Below are positions 41,252 to 59,020 of a DNA stretch of 64,000 bases, one piece after another. This DNA comes from Macrostomum lignano (taxonomy: Eukaryota): assembly GCA_002269645.1 (NCBI GenBank), contig NIVC01003560.1:3126-67125 (forward strand), written 5' to 3'. The translations under genes were made by a program, and so were the position numbers. Under the pieces are notes generated by a model. The model saw only the letters and a program-made list of their open reading frames with translations, was not told where the DNA came from and ran no database searches. Positions within the stretch are counted from its first letter, which is position 1, and each line of letters begins with the position of its first letter.

Positions 41252-41962
41252 CTAATGCGGCTGCTCGCCATTTCCGATGGCCAGCCTCACCCGCTCCATC
41301 AGCTGCTGCTGGTCATAGAAATCATCACGCTGGTTATCGTTTTGTCTAACAAGATACAGATTGTACTGCACGATCGATGTATTCGCATTCGATTCGCCGC
41401 TCTGTTCGGTTCCGTTCTTCTTGTTGTCATTACTCTTCGCGACGGCTGCGGCTGAAGCTTTGTTGTTGAATTTTCGGTTTCGGTCTCTTCTATTTGCTCC
41501 AAGACACTTGTCGACAGCCCATCTCAGTGGCCACAGCACGTATCCGGTGGCTGATAGAACCTTTTTTAGCAGATCAGCCAGCTTCGTGAGGACGTCAATA
41601 ATACCAAGCGACGCGTCCATCACTTGACGGCTCATCTGCCGGGTCCAGTTTCCAACCAGCTGCAGCTCGCACGCCAGGAAAACTAGGTTTCTCCTGCACT
41701 TTGAAGCGAACTGCACTATTCGGTGTATAATGAAACGCATGTAAAGGCTGGCTGTCTCAGGAGCGACGTTGGCTTGACGTTGACGGTTTTCAATAGCCAT
41801 GTCCAGGCAGTCAAAGGTCAGGACTAGCAGCACTGTCTCGATTGGAAATCGCACCGTCAGCAGGTCGTTGATCCCAATGGGGGCCCTGTAGTACAGGTAC
41901 TTCATCAGCTCAATGATCACGGACAGTGCCACAACGGCGTAGAACCTTTTCAAAAGGTCCAT
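41252..41962 (-). CDS. Orphan predicted membrane protein, 236 aa (copy A)
   Basis: ATG-initiated ORF, two N-terminal hydrophobic segments, closely similar paralog at 54635-55486, probable 5' UTR exon with donor near 42134 conserved in both copies. Confidence 0.6.
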   Translation of the reverse strand: MDLLKRFYAVVALSVIIELMKYLYYRAPIGINDLLTVRFPIETVLLVLTFDCLDMAIENRQRQANVAPETASLYMRFIIHRIVQFASKCRRNLVFLACELQLVGNWTRQMSRQVMDASLGIIDVLTKLADLLKKVLSATGYVLWPLRWAVDKCLGANRRDRNRKFNNKASAAAVAKSNDNKKNGTEQSGESNANTSIVQYNLYLVRQNDNQRDDFYDQQQLMERVRLAIGNGEQPH

Positions 41963-42959
41963 CGCGGTATCAGCCAGGCACTGCCGAGCAAAATCACTTC
42001 TAGTATTTCTAGCAGAACCGTGCGGATTTAGGGTAGTCTGTAAATTGAACAGGATTATTTATATATGGTATAGTATACGATTGTATTACTTAATTAGCTA
42101 TAAAACTGTCAAAAAGTATATGTCTTTTACTTACCTCGCTTGATTTTCCGGGCGCACCCATTATGTTCCTGTAGTTTTTTAATTCGTCAATATGAGGTAC
42201 TAATTGATATTAAGCTTTATTCAGAAAGCTAGAATATTTACTTTTGGCCATGAGTATTGCTGCTTAAATATACCTTAGATTTATCCTAATTTAGGGGTGA
42301 CGTATGAAATAAAAATAATACAGGTACATTTAAAAAGTATTATTTCATTTCTAAGAAATTTTTGTTGAACTTGACTCGAAAAAATTCAGGCGACTTATTG
42401 GTGGTGTGCGTATTTTGCATGTGCACTTTCGGGCTACCCCAGTGTGACAGCTAGTACGTAGGTAGCTAGCGGATTCTTTAGTTCGCGTACAGACGGGTAA
42501 TTTTGTTATCTATGCATGGCACTCAGGGGTCGCAGTCGTTTTTTCTAATTACTGTCACACAAGTATAAGTTACAATATAAAAAATAACTAACGAACTAGG
42601 AATGCTAATATAAACAACCAGTAAGTAAAAATAAACAATAATTGAATTCTACACCCGGTTCAAATTCCAAGTATACGAGATATCTTAGAATCAAACAAAA
42701 AAACAAAAATAACTACTCAGTCGTAAATATACACATTTTTCGCGAAATCGAAGTAATATTTACATAAAAATGACTACACAGAATTACACTTTTTAATAAA
42801 ATGATAACATGTACATCTGCATGGTTACACGTACTCGAAAAAAACGAAAATTTTTGTCTGTTTGTCTCGCGCGCTACACGGAGCTTCCTAATTGCTCACC
42901 ACTTTTGTCTTGATAGCCAATAGCCATATGTGTGCCGTCTGTGCTTGAATGCCTGCAGC

Positions 42960-43054
<95 letters not shown>

Positions 43055-43055
43055 G

Positions 43056-43116
<61 letters not shown>

Positions 43117-43117
43117 G
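42960..43117. repeat. (CTGT)n microsatellite
   Basis: Directly visible; absent from duplicate copy B. Confidence 0.95.
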
Positions 43118-43230
43118 CGTACGTGTGAGAGACCCTCACGAGTCTGGCTGTACGGATTTGAGCGTAACTTGCGAGCTTAAAAATATCATGTACAGAAAGT
43201 AGAGAAATCATGAGCACAATTACTAACTTG

Positions 43231-43346
43231 GGGGTCGTAGTATAATGCTGTCGTAGCGTAAGTTGGATCGTACGTCGGAACTTTTACACTGCGGAGATAG
43301 GAGCTAAGAACGATCTTATCTTACGATGGCTTTATAGAACGGGCCC
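43231..43346. mobile_element. Harbinger-derived MITE (116 bp)
   Basis: Right end GCTTTATAGAACGGGCCC identical to the right TIR of the 44659-53631 element; degenerate left TIR; 3-bp TSD TTG. Confidence 0.8.
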
Positions 43347-43751
43347 TTGATCTCTGCTCTGCTAATTTGTTTGTCGTAAAAAAGAACGTAATAAAGTCAT
43401 AGAACAGCCCGAACAGATAAGTTCACTTATCAAAGTGCTTTCGCAGTTAAGCGTTGCTCTCGCAATGTTCTCTTGAAAAGCCCTTAGTTCAGCTGAGTCA
43501 TGAATTATGCATTCACTGTACTATCTACTTGGTCCTATCTGCATGAAGCAGTTGAGCAGGCGGTAGCGTGCTTAGGGAGGACTTGGCCACTGTGCAACCA
43601 GTTGGAGCTGCTAAATAAGCGCGCACGTACGTTTTGCTAGCTTCTACAGATGCGCGCACTAGCATAAGCGCGCAAAAACCTATGTGACCTGAAGCAGAAG
43701 CTTGAGCAATTGTCGATGAAAATCAACAAAGCATCGCATGGAATTCATCGC

Positions 43752-44559
43752 TGTGACGTTGCCAGTTTAAATTGGTCCCGAAAAGGGCCGTTGGACTGCA
43801 GCTCCTCTACAATTTCTCCAATCGTTTATTTTAACGTTTACTTGTAGTAGTGCCCAACGAATCTGTACCTATCGCTAATTCACTGCGCACTTTGCTATCC
43901 TTTCATGCGACCGTAGAAAACTGGCACGATCGATAATTTTAAGTTCTTTAGCAGCCAATGAAAACCACTCGTGCTTCGCGCTACCCCCCTCTGCGCTCCT
44001 TTATTAACCCTCGCCTGGCGGGCTGGGGGCCTCCACCTGTGTCTGGCTTGTCTGGCTTGTGTTCTTGTGTTCTTGTCTAGCCTTGTTTTCCTTGCGGCGT
44101 CTGACTCTTGTTTTCCTTCTCTCTGTCTGGCTGCCTCGAGCCTCCTTATCTCACGCCACGGCTGACGCCGGTCTCGCCACTGCTCATCTGCCTGCCTACT
44201 GCTACTCACTGCCTTCGCTGTGTTCATCGCCATTGCTCATCACGTTGCGTTGCCACCGCATCATTCGTCTGCCACTTGACTTCATATTCTAATTATCTTC
44301 AAAACCATTGTTGCAGCCGCCAGTGCCCAGAAAGCTATAGTTTGTGTATTGACAGTAATAACCAATTCTAATATTGATCTCAACAATAAAAACAACTACG
44401 GCAGTTTCCTGCCTTTATCGCCAAGTGCTCCGGTACACAATCCGCTTTGCAAGAGTTGACTTCGATTTATTTTGGAACTACGACTTACTGCAACTCTCGT
44501 CAAAACGGCCCTTTTAAGGGTCATAGCCATAGCTAGCCACTACGTCAATAATCGTGACA
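43752..44559 (+). mobile_element. Solo LTR (808 bp)
   Basis: Termini TGTGACG...CGTGACA; perfect 5-bp TSD ATCGC (43747-43751 and 44560-44564); AATAAA at about 44385; absent at the paralogous site in copy B. Confidence 0.85.
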
Positions 44560-45106
44560 ATCGCAAAGTATTACGCAGATTTGCATTTATTTTTGTCACA
44601 AAAATAGAATTTTGCCATGGTAAACGTTGCTAAAATGTTTGAAGTGCTAAAAGTCCATAGGCCGGTTCTATAAAACTTTCGTAAGTTCCGTCGTACGATC
44701 CAACTTACGCACGAGAGTTGAGAACCGTCTCAGAATGTTCTAAGTTCGTTCGGTGAAACTTTCGCAGATGCGTCGTAACTTACGCAGTAGCTGCGATCAA
44801 ACTTAAGAATTAATGCCTGACTTTTTCCTCCGCCAGTGGTCTTTTTGGAACTGATTTTACCGTAATTGGAACTTAGCTCGTAAAAAACACACGTTGCACT
44901 CTTAAATTAAAGTAAGACAAAATCATGCTCATTTATCCATTACCATTAAAAGCAATATGAGCCATGACCATTTTGTCACAGGTCCATTCCACTGTTGTAT
45001 TTAGGCACATTAAAAAAACATTCGAACAAAGGTGCCTTATTCATTCGAATATACAAATAAGGCCTAGCGAATTCCTTAATTACGCTCCTAGTGACATTTT
45101 GACACA

Positions 45107-45898
45107 TCACATGTCATTAAAATTAAGCTGTTGACTGCTCTCATTGCCTCGATTTTTCTTTTCTATCGTCAGTCTTTCCTGCTCAACGCGTAGACGTTCC
45201 GTCTCGATCTTCAGCCTCTCTCTCTCGACAAACAATCTGTCGTTTTTAACTTCCAATCGAGCTTCCTCCACCCGAAGATGTTTTATTTCTAAGCTTTCGA
45301 TCAGCCCAAGTTTGCTTTGCTTTCGCTGACGCTTCGTGTTCTTGGCAGCAGGGTTGGCAACAGACTCTTCACTTTTTTCGTCGTCAGCTGTCTCGTACTC
45401 AGGCGATGCGCTTCTGCCAACAGCTTCGGAAAATTCATCAGCAGGCGCACTTGCGATATCAATGTACTTGGCCGCCGAGCTTGATGCTGCACTATTGGAT
45501 TTAGGCAGCTGCATCGTGTCAACACCACGTGGCACGCCTTCCACGACCTGTTTTCGACTGCGCCGCCTTCTCCTCTAAACTCGACAGCTGTGGGGCCTGC
45601 GATGGACCGCCTCCCGTCTTAGCTTGCTCCTTGCGGATGCTGGCTACTTTGTGCTTCAGTTGACTCTTGAAGTCGGACCACCGCTTTCGGCAGTTCTCTC
45701 CAGATCGTCCTTGTCCACCGACTGCATTCACGATATCGGCAATTTGCTGCTATCCGCGTTTTTTGCGAAAATTCGCTTCGACAGTATTTGCGGGGCTCTC
45801 CAGGTAACTTTTCCGCTCGGTCGAATTGCTTCTTGCAGCGTCTCCAGTTCCGCCGTTGACCAGTTCGCCGCGCGTTTTTGTGCTGCGTTAGAATTCAT
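45107..45898 (-). pseudogene. Harbinger Myb/SANT-like DNA-binding protein, disrupted
   Basis: KRAANWSTAELETL, IADIVNAVGG...ENCRKRWSDFKSQLKHK...TGGG, C-terminal coiled coil VERERLKIETERLRVEQERL; at least 2 frameshifts and a TAG. Confidence 0.85.
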
Positions 45899-46259
45899 TG
45901 CATTCCAATTATTTGGCACTTTCGCCCGTATCAGCTTCTCTTTATGCTGTTATACGAGCTATACGAGCGTAATTGCCACTTTACTTAAATATCGATTGGT
46001 CAAGGCTGTTTGCAACCCTTTGACGGCAAGATCAATTATGTGATGCGAACGTATATTTGAGGAGCAATTATCAGGTCGGCCTGATAAGGCGGTCAGCCAG
46101 TCAGAGTATAGGGGACATAAAGTTAGGGATAATTAGAGTGGTTTGACACCGGGCCCGGGCCCTCTTATAACTTACTTAATTAACCAATAAAATATATTAT
46201 CTAATTCTATTTGAAGCAACTTATGTTTCAAGAACTTAGCGCTAAAATTCCCCATCGGA

Positions 46260-47348
46260 TTGCTAATTCAATTGCAATTGCCAAAGTCAGATCCGAGAGT
46301 GAATTTTTTGGACATCGCATTCGCTCAGCATGCTTTGAGAACTGAGAGAAGGTTTCGAGACAGACTTGACCCTTTCGACTTCAGTGATCGGGAAATTTTC
46401 GAGCGGTACCGGCTGCCACGTCAACCTTTGCTGGAGCTCATTGAGTTGCTGCGGCCGCAACTACAACGTCAGACGCGTCGCAACAGAGCGATTTCCGTCG
46501 AACTGCAGGTTTGCCTTGCCCTCCGATTTTTTGCAACAGGCAGCTTTCTCAAAGTCATTGGGGACGTTTTCAACTGTAGCTGCGTCACGGTGTCCGGAGT
46601 TGTGACTGAAGGTTGCCTGCTGCTTCAGGACATGGCACCCATTTGCATTTCGTTTCCAAGCAATCAGCAAGCAGCAGCAGCGTCAGCACGTGCATTTTTT
46701 GAAATTGCCGGAATGCCTCAGGTGCTCGGAGCCATAGACTGCACGCACATCCGCATCCGGCGCCCTACCGATGACGGTGGAATCTTCATTAATCGAAAAG
46801 GATTTCACTCGATTAATGTTCAGGCCGTATGTAGTGCCAATCTCGCATTTACAAACGTTGTCGCACGTTGGCCTGGCAGTAGCGCCACGACTCCTTCATT
46901 TTTCAAAAATCTGCACTGAAAGATCTCCTCGCGGATGGGACGGTCGCTGGCTTCTTGGTTGGAGATGCGGGCTACCCACTCCGACCGTTTCTGATGACGC
47001 CATTTAGGGATCCACAAACCAATTCCGAGCAAAATTTCAACCGGCGACTAAGCAAAACGGCGCGTAACAATCGAGAGAGCTTTTGGTGTTTTGAAAGCGA
47101 GATTTCGATGCCTCGATCACAGCGGAGGAGCTTTACAATTCAATCCGAGTAAAGTGTGCAACATCATTGTTAAATGCTGCGTGCTCCACAATTTCGCCGT
47201 GGCCAGAGCCATTCCACTTCCACCTGAACATCAGCCGCTAGCCATGGAAGCAGCTGCTGAAAATGAAGCCGCACTGGCTGAAGACACCGCTGCTGGTCGA
47301 GCAGAAAGGCAGCGGATCATGGAGTTACTCTCACCGTCACTCACTTAA
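46260..47348 (+). pseudogene. Harbinger (HARBI1-like) DDE transposase with 2 frameshifts
   Basis: ALRFFATGSF, GAIDCTHI, NRKGFHSINVQAVC, ARWPGS, VGDAGYP, FGVLKARFRCL, CCVLHN. Confidence 0.9.
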
Positions 47349-47478
47349 GCAAAATTTGTGTTTCTTTCTACTCAAACTTTAAATTAACAATTTTCGCTAT
47401 TGTTTGATTTTTTCAGTCTTTAAATTTACTCAAATATACAGTAAAATGCGAATTTTTTGACTGAATGAAGTCGGCGCT

Positions 47479-53372
<5,894 letters not shown>

Positions 53373-53719
53373 GAAGTCGGCGCTGTGCATTTTCACAACT
53401 AAAGAGTGACTTACGACAAGTCCGACCTGTCTTAGATTTACGGCGGAACTTAAGAAGCCGAAGTGACTTACGAAAGTTTCTCCGAACGCAAATTTACGCG
53501 TGCCCGATGACTTAAGAAGCTTCTTAAATCTAAGAACGGTCTTAAGATACGATGGTTTCACCGAACATTTTACGACACGGCGCAAACGTAAGTTCGAACT
53601 TAAGGATACGCAAGCTTTATAGAACGGGCCCATTAAAATTCAGCAGTAAAGAATTGATTCAAGCGAAGAAACACAGGCTACATAGGTCTGAACTAGCCAG
53701 GTTCTGAGATGGGTCAGCG

Positions 53720-54215
53720 GGAGCTGATGGTCAGGCACTGGTTGCAGCTAATGATGGTCAGGCACTGTCTGCAGCTGATGGTTGTCAGGCACTGTCTGCA
53801 GCTGATGATGGTCAGGCACTGTCTGCAGCTGATGATGGTCAGGCACTGTCTGCAGCTGATGGTTGTCAGGCACTGTCTGCAGCTGATGATGGTAAGGCAC
53901 TGGTTGCAGCTGATGATGGTCAGGCACTGTCTGCAGCTGATGATGGTCAGGCACTGGCTGCAGCTGATGGTTGTCAGGCACTGTCTGCAGCTGATGATGG
54001 TAAGGCACTGGTTGCAGCTGATGATGGTCAGGCACTGTCTGCAGCTGATGATGGTAAGGCACTGGTTGCAGCTGATGATGGTCAGGCACTGTCTGCAGCT
54101 GATGATGGTAAGGCACTGGTTGCAGCTGATGATGGTCAGGCACTGTCTGCAGCTGATGATGGTAAGGCACTGGTTGCAGCTGATGATGGTCAGGCACTGG
54201 CTGCAGCTGATGACT
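53720..54215. repeat. 27-bp minisatellite, copy A (GCACTGTCTGCAGCTGATGATGGTCAG)
   Basis: Visible; homologous to the 56765-57225 array. Confidence 0.95.
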
Positions 54216-54634
54216 GTCATTTTCATCGATGATTGTTCCTCCTTGCTCTTGTAATATGCTAGTATAGTTGTGATGAATTTATTCTTTTGCACGCTTTCTT
54301 CTTCATCGCGCAACTCATCAGATGCGTCTGTGTAATTACGAATTGAATTAACATTTTTATCCCGGTACAGATTAAAAGACCAGGTTCAAAACATAATCTG
54401 GCATATGGATTTATTTAGTATTTTATTGAGATTTTTTATTGTTTGAGTTTGTCGATTGAGTTGATTGAATTATTACAAGCCACACGAAAGTAGCATGCGT
54501 GAATAAGAGAACTTTAAGTAAAAGTGAATAGCACATGTCGCTCCCTTTAGATGCAGACAAACAAACAAAACGAAATAAACATCTTAGACAATTACATTAT
54601 GTGGACTACTCAAAAAGTCGTCTGTAAAGTTACT

Positions 54635-55486
54635 TCAGTTCGGGCCGTACTGCAAGTTACTGTTCCTTGATCGTTGTCCGTTGCTGCCAGCTCTGAAACG
54701 GAGCTGCTCGCCATTTCCGATGGCCAGCCTCTTTCGCCCCATCAGCTGCTGCTGGTCATAAAAATCATCACACTGGTCATTGTTTTGCCCGACAAACAAA
54801 TTGTACTGCACGATCGATTTATTCGCATTCGATTCAACAGCTTTCTTTCGCTTAATCAGATCAGCCAGCTTAGAGAGAATATCAATAATGCCGATCACCA
54901 AGTCCTTCAATAGACGGCTCATCTTTTTTATCAGATCAGCCAGCTTAGAGAGAATATCAATAATGCCAAGCACCAAGTCCTTCAATAGACGGCTCATCTT
55001 TTTTATCAGATCAGCCAGCTTAGAGAGAATATCAATAATGCCAAGCACCAAGTCCTTCAATAGACGGCTCATCTTTTTTATCAGATCAGCCAGCTTAGAG
55101 AGAATATCAATAATGCCAATCACGGAGTCCTTCAATAGACGACTCATCTGCCTGGCCCAGTTTCCAACCAGCTGCATTTTGCACGCCAAGAAAATTAGGA
55201 TTCTCTTGCACTTTGAAGCGAACTGCATTATTGGGAGTATAATGAAACGCATGTAAAGGCTGGCTGTCTCAGGAGCGAGTGCGGCTTGACGTTGACGGTT
55301 TTCAGTAGCCATGTCCAGGCAGTCAAAGGCCAGGACAAGCAGCAGCAGCAGCAGCACTGTCTCGATTGGAAATTGCACCATCAACAGGTCGTTTATCCCA
55401 ATGGGGCCTCTGTAGTACAGGTACTTCATCAGCTCAATGAACACATACAGTGCTACAACGGCGCAGAACCTTTTCAAAAAGTCCAT
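54635..55486 (-). CDS. Orphan predicted membrane protein, 283 aa (copy B), with four 25-aa amphipathic repeats
   Basis: Paralog of 41252-41962; 75-bp in-frame tandem repeat at 54848-55147. Confidence 0.6.
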   Translation of the reverse strand: MDFLKRFCAVVALYVFIELMKYLYYRGPIGINDLLMVQFPIETVLLLLLLVLAFDCLDMATENRQRQAALAPETASLYMRFIILPIMQFASKCKRILIFLACKMQLVGNWARQMSRLLKDSVIGIIDILSKLADLIKKMSRLLKDLVLGIIDILSKLADLIKKMSRLLKDLVLGIIDILSKLADLIKKMSRLLKDLVIGIIDILSKLADLIKRKKAVESNANKSIVQYNLFVGQNNDQCDDFYDQQQLMGRKRLAIGNGEQLRFRAGSNGQRSRNSNLQYGPN

Positions 55487-56764
55487 CGCTGTATCAGCCA
55501 GGCACTGCCGAGCAAAATCAGGCTTGGGGTATTCTGTAATTTCAACAGGATTGTGTATGGATAGTTACGATTGCATTGCTTAATTAGCTGTAAAGCTGTC
55601 AATGTGAGCTAAGGATTATTGTCTTGCGAGTACTTACCTCGCTTGATTTTCCAGACACACCATTCATGTTCCTTCAGTTTTTCAGTTCGTCCGCGTAAGG
55701 TACCAATTGACTTTTAGTTTTATTGTTAGCTAGAAAGAGTTACTTCTGGCCATAGGTATTGCGCGTTAAGTATTTCTCAGAGATTTACGCTAACTTAGGT
55801 GGTGACGCATGAAATAAAAATAATACAGGTACATTTTAAAAGTTAGTTTTATTTCTAAGAAACTTTGTTGGACTTGGATCAATAAATCCAGACGACTTTT
55901 TTCCAGACTATCTGTACGCGTAATTTGTCTTCTAGCCTCGCTACACGGAACTTCCCAATTGCTCACTGTACCTAATTGTCTAGATGGCCAGTGTACGATT
56001 GTATGACAAGGGTTTACATGGACAATATGAAAGGAGAAAAGTTATTGTCTGCCTGCGTGCATGCATGAGGGATCCTCACGGGTCTGAGCGTCCGGAGACG
56101 AGCGTGCTTCAAAATATCGATGCAATCGGCTCTCTTGGGAGCCTCTATGAGTTTATTTCCGTGCGTGAGTAGACACTGTACACACTGTACACTGTACGCT
56201 GCGATAGTAGACATCTCTGCAAAGACCAATGCAGAGAAGGAATTTTCTGCTTAGGGTCAACTTTATCTGATTAATTGTAGGCGACGAAGTCGTACTGCGG
56301 TCCTATCTGCATAGAGCAGTTGAGCAAGCGGTAGCGTGTTTTTTAGGGAGAACTTCGCCACGGTGCAACCTTGTTTGAACTGCTAAATAAGTGCGCATGG
56401 CGTAAGCCTTGATTCAAATGATTCACACATGTACGTGAATCATTTTGCTAGTTGATACAGAAGCACGCAAAAACCAATGTGACCTGAGCGGCCAAGCAAT
56501 TTTTACGACATTAAGCATTCGGTAAACTGAGAAAGCATCTCATTGAATTTTTCGAAAAGTTTCACGACGACTTGAATTTATTTTTGTCACAAAATTTAAA
56601 AGCTGCGATGCTAAAGGTTGCTATACAATGTTTACAGTGCTAAAAGTACATTTAAATTTAGCGGCAAACAATTCATTCAAGTAAAGTACCACAGGTTACA
56701 GAGGCCTAAGCTATATCTAGTCGGGTTCTGGTGGGTCAGCGGGAGCTGATGGTCTTGGCTGGCT

Positions 56765-57225
56765 GCTGATCTGGTCGTCCGGCACTGACTGCTGTTGATG
56801 GTCGTCCGGCACTGACTGCTGTTGATGGTCGTCAGGCACTGACTGCTGTTGATGGTCGTCCGGCACTGGCTGCTGTTGATGGTCGTCCAGCACTGACTGC
56901 TGTTGATGGTCGTCCAGCACTGACTGCTGTTGATGGTCGTCCAGCACTGACTGCTGTTGATGGTCGTCCAGCACTGGCTGCTGTTGATGGTCGTCCAGCA
57001 CTGGCTGCTGTTGATGGTCGTCAGGCACTGACTGCTGTTGATGGTCGTCCGGCACTGACTGCTGTTGATGGTCGTCAGGCACTGACTGCTGTTGATGGTC
57101 GTCAGGCACTGGCTGCTGTTGATGGTCGTCCGGCACTGACTGCTGTTGATGGTCGTCCGGCACTGATTGCTGTTGATGGTCGTCAGGCACTGGCTGCTGT
57201 TGATGGTCGTCCGGCACTGACTGCT
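56765..57225. repeat. 27-bp minisatellite, copy B (GCACTGACTGCTGTTGATGGTCGTCCG)
   Basis: Directly visible. Confidence 0.95.
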
Positions 57226-57943
57226 ACTGTTTACAAGCTACTGTCAGAAAGTGAATGTTTTCGCTGATCTACTCGGCAGGCAATACATACCTATTACCAA
57301 GCCCATGACCTATCATATCCTCTCAAGACCTGCAAAGACAAAAATCTTCTCCTGGTGATACCCGGCGAAAGGCTGCATTCAAAGACCCAACTAGCTCGTT
57401 AACCTGACATTGATAGCGCATTCGCGATCACTTCAGTCGTTTAGTTCAAACCCATCTGTGTTCCAGTGGTAGCAAAATGTATCCACTCTCAATATTAGTA
57501 TAAAAGCCTACCTATCAACCCAAAAAGGAATTCTATCTTTATAAATATCTCAGAAGTAATTTCAAAGTCATGAGGTATGTTTTAGAGAAAAACTTCTTTA
57601 CTCCACTGGACAGAATCAGCAAACTTCACCAGCTTCTCTCTTGATCAGACGGAAAAAACTGAATTCGTGCTCTGAAATAAGATAGCATCCATGTAGTGAT
57701 TAGGAAAAAAATTAGCGAAATAAGCATTTATTTAAAGTTATCCATGCGTAATACGCTTAATCCGGTAAAACGAACATTCTACAAAGGTTCTGCGAAGCAA
57801 AGACCAATTTAAACATTGAATTGACTGATCAATGATGACTGTTGAATTTACATGCCAAACAAAAATTCATCACGAGTACAACGCGCATTTTTAAAGAGCT
57901 ATACATGTTTACTAAGAGCTATCGAACACGATGATAAGCAGTA

Positions 57944-59020
57944 CTAAGCGAGCTCAACTGCAGTCGCAGAACTATTTCGCTCCTCCGTGCGACGCCCACA
58001 ACAACGAGAACAACAGCATCGGCAGCAGCGCTTTGGCGATAATGTACGGAAAAAGGCCCTTCGAAAGTTGCCGCCCATGAAGTAAACTGGTCAGCTAAGG
58101 GCATTGTTCAAGTAAAGCAGGTTGTTAAGATTGCTGATCATATTATAAAAATGTAAAACTTCCTCGTTGGACTCGGACCAATCAAGTGCATCAATAAAAC
58201 ATCACTGAACTGTAAGGCAGGCAGCTAGGACACAGCGAAAAGCACGTTAATAAACACGAGCAGAGGCTGATTCGAACCAGCGACCTCTGACGCTGTCGGC
58301 AGCTGTGGGGCTGCAGGCTGATCCGCCCAGCTGCTCGGTTGCTTCTGTAGATGCAGACGCAAATTCCGACTGTTCCCAGCGTCATCGCCGACAGAAGAAA
58401 GATCCGACCGAAGAACAGCTCCACCTTGATGTAGGTGATGTTCAGCTCTAGGCTATAGCCTACAAGTAAGCCAAATAAAGTCATAACGGGCAGCACCAGT
58501 GCGGCTGCAGTGATGACGGCCAGCAAGATACGGCTCCTCCTGCGAGTCAGAATCTGCTGCGCTCGCATCGGCGCCGCCACAGCAACCAGACGATCCACGG
58601 TGAGGCCCAGTTGGAAGAAGTGCGCTCCCACAGTTGATCGAGTACACTCTGGTGAGTAGATAAACGGCTAACACACTTAATCGGTCTTCAAATAGAAATT
58701 TAAATCGGCCTGTAATTCGATGCAGTTCCTCGAGGTATTGCAGAGGTCCGTGCAGAGTGACGGCCAGAAAGTCGTTGGCTGTGATGATGAGCAGGTACTG
58801 CCGAGTGACTCTGGGAAAGGACTCTCGGTTCTTCAGAATCACCCAGAATGAGCAGCCGTTCGCTATCGCGCCGGTGATGAACAGCAGTGGAAACAGCCAC
58901 GTGTAAAAGTAAAGCGTTATAAACTTAATTTCCATCTCAAAAAATGAAATATTGGCTGGTAAACCACCATCTTAATAGTAGTATATAGCTGCCATTGAAT
59001 TCGGGTACCGTCCAATTCAT
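57944..59020 (-). pseudogene. Third GPCR paralog, an inverted duplicate of 38820-39746, frameshifted
   Basis: Probable start MNWTVPEFNGS at 59020; frameshifts near 58950, 58635 and 58230; TGA at the conserved Trp (58091-58093); upstream flank 59130-59330 matches 38500-38720. Confidence 0.8.

Larger units (their letters stand above)
54235..57240. repeat. Tandem segmental duplication, copy B (lacks the TE insertions)
   Basis: See copy A; carries empty sites for the Harbinger and the solo LTR. Confidence 0.85.

Noticed and set aside
53709-54254. 181-aa plus-strand ORF of MVRHCLQLM repeats
   Set aside because: A by-product of a stop-free 27-bp unit; there is no independent sign that this strand or frame is coding.
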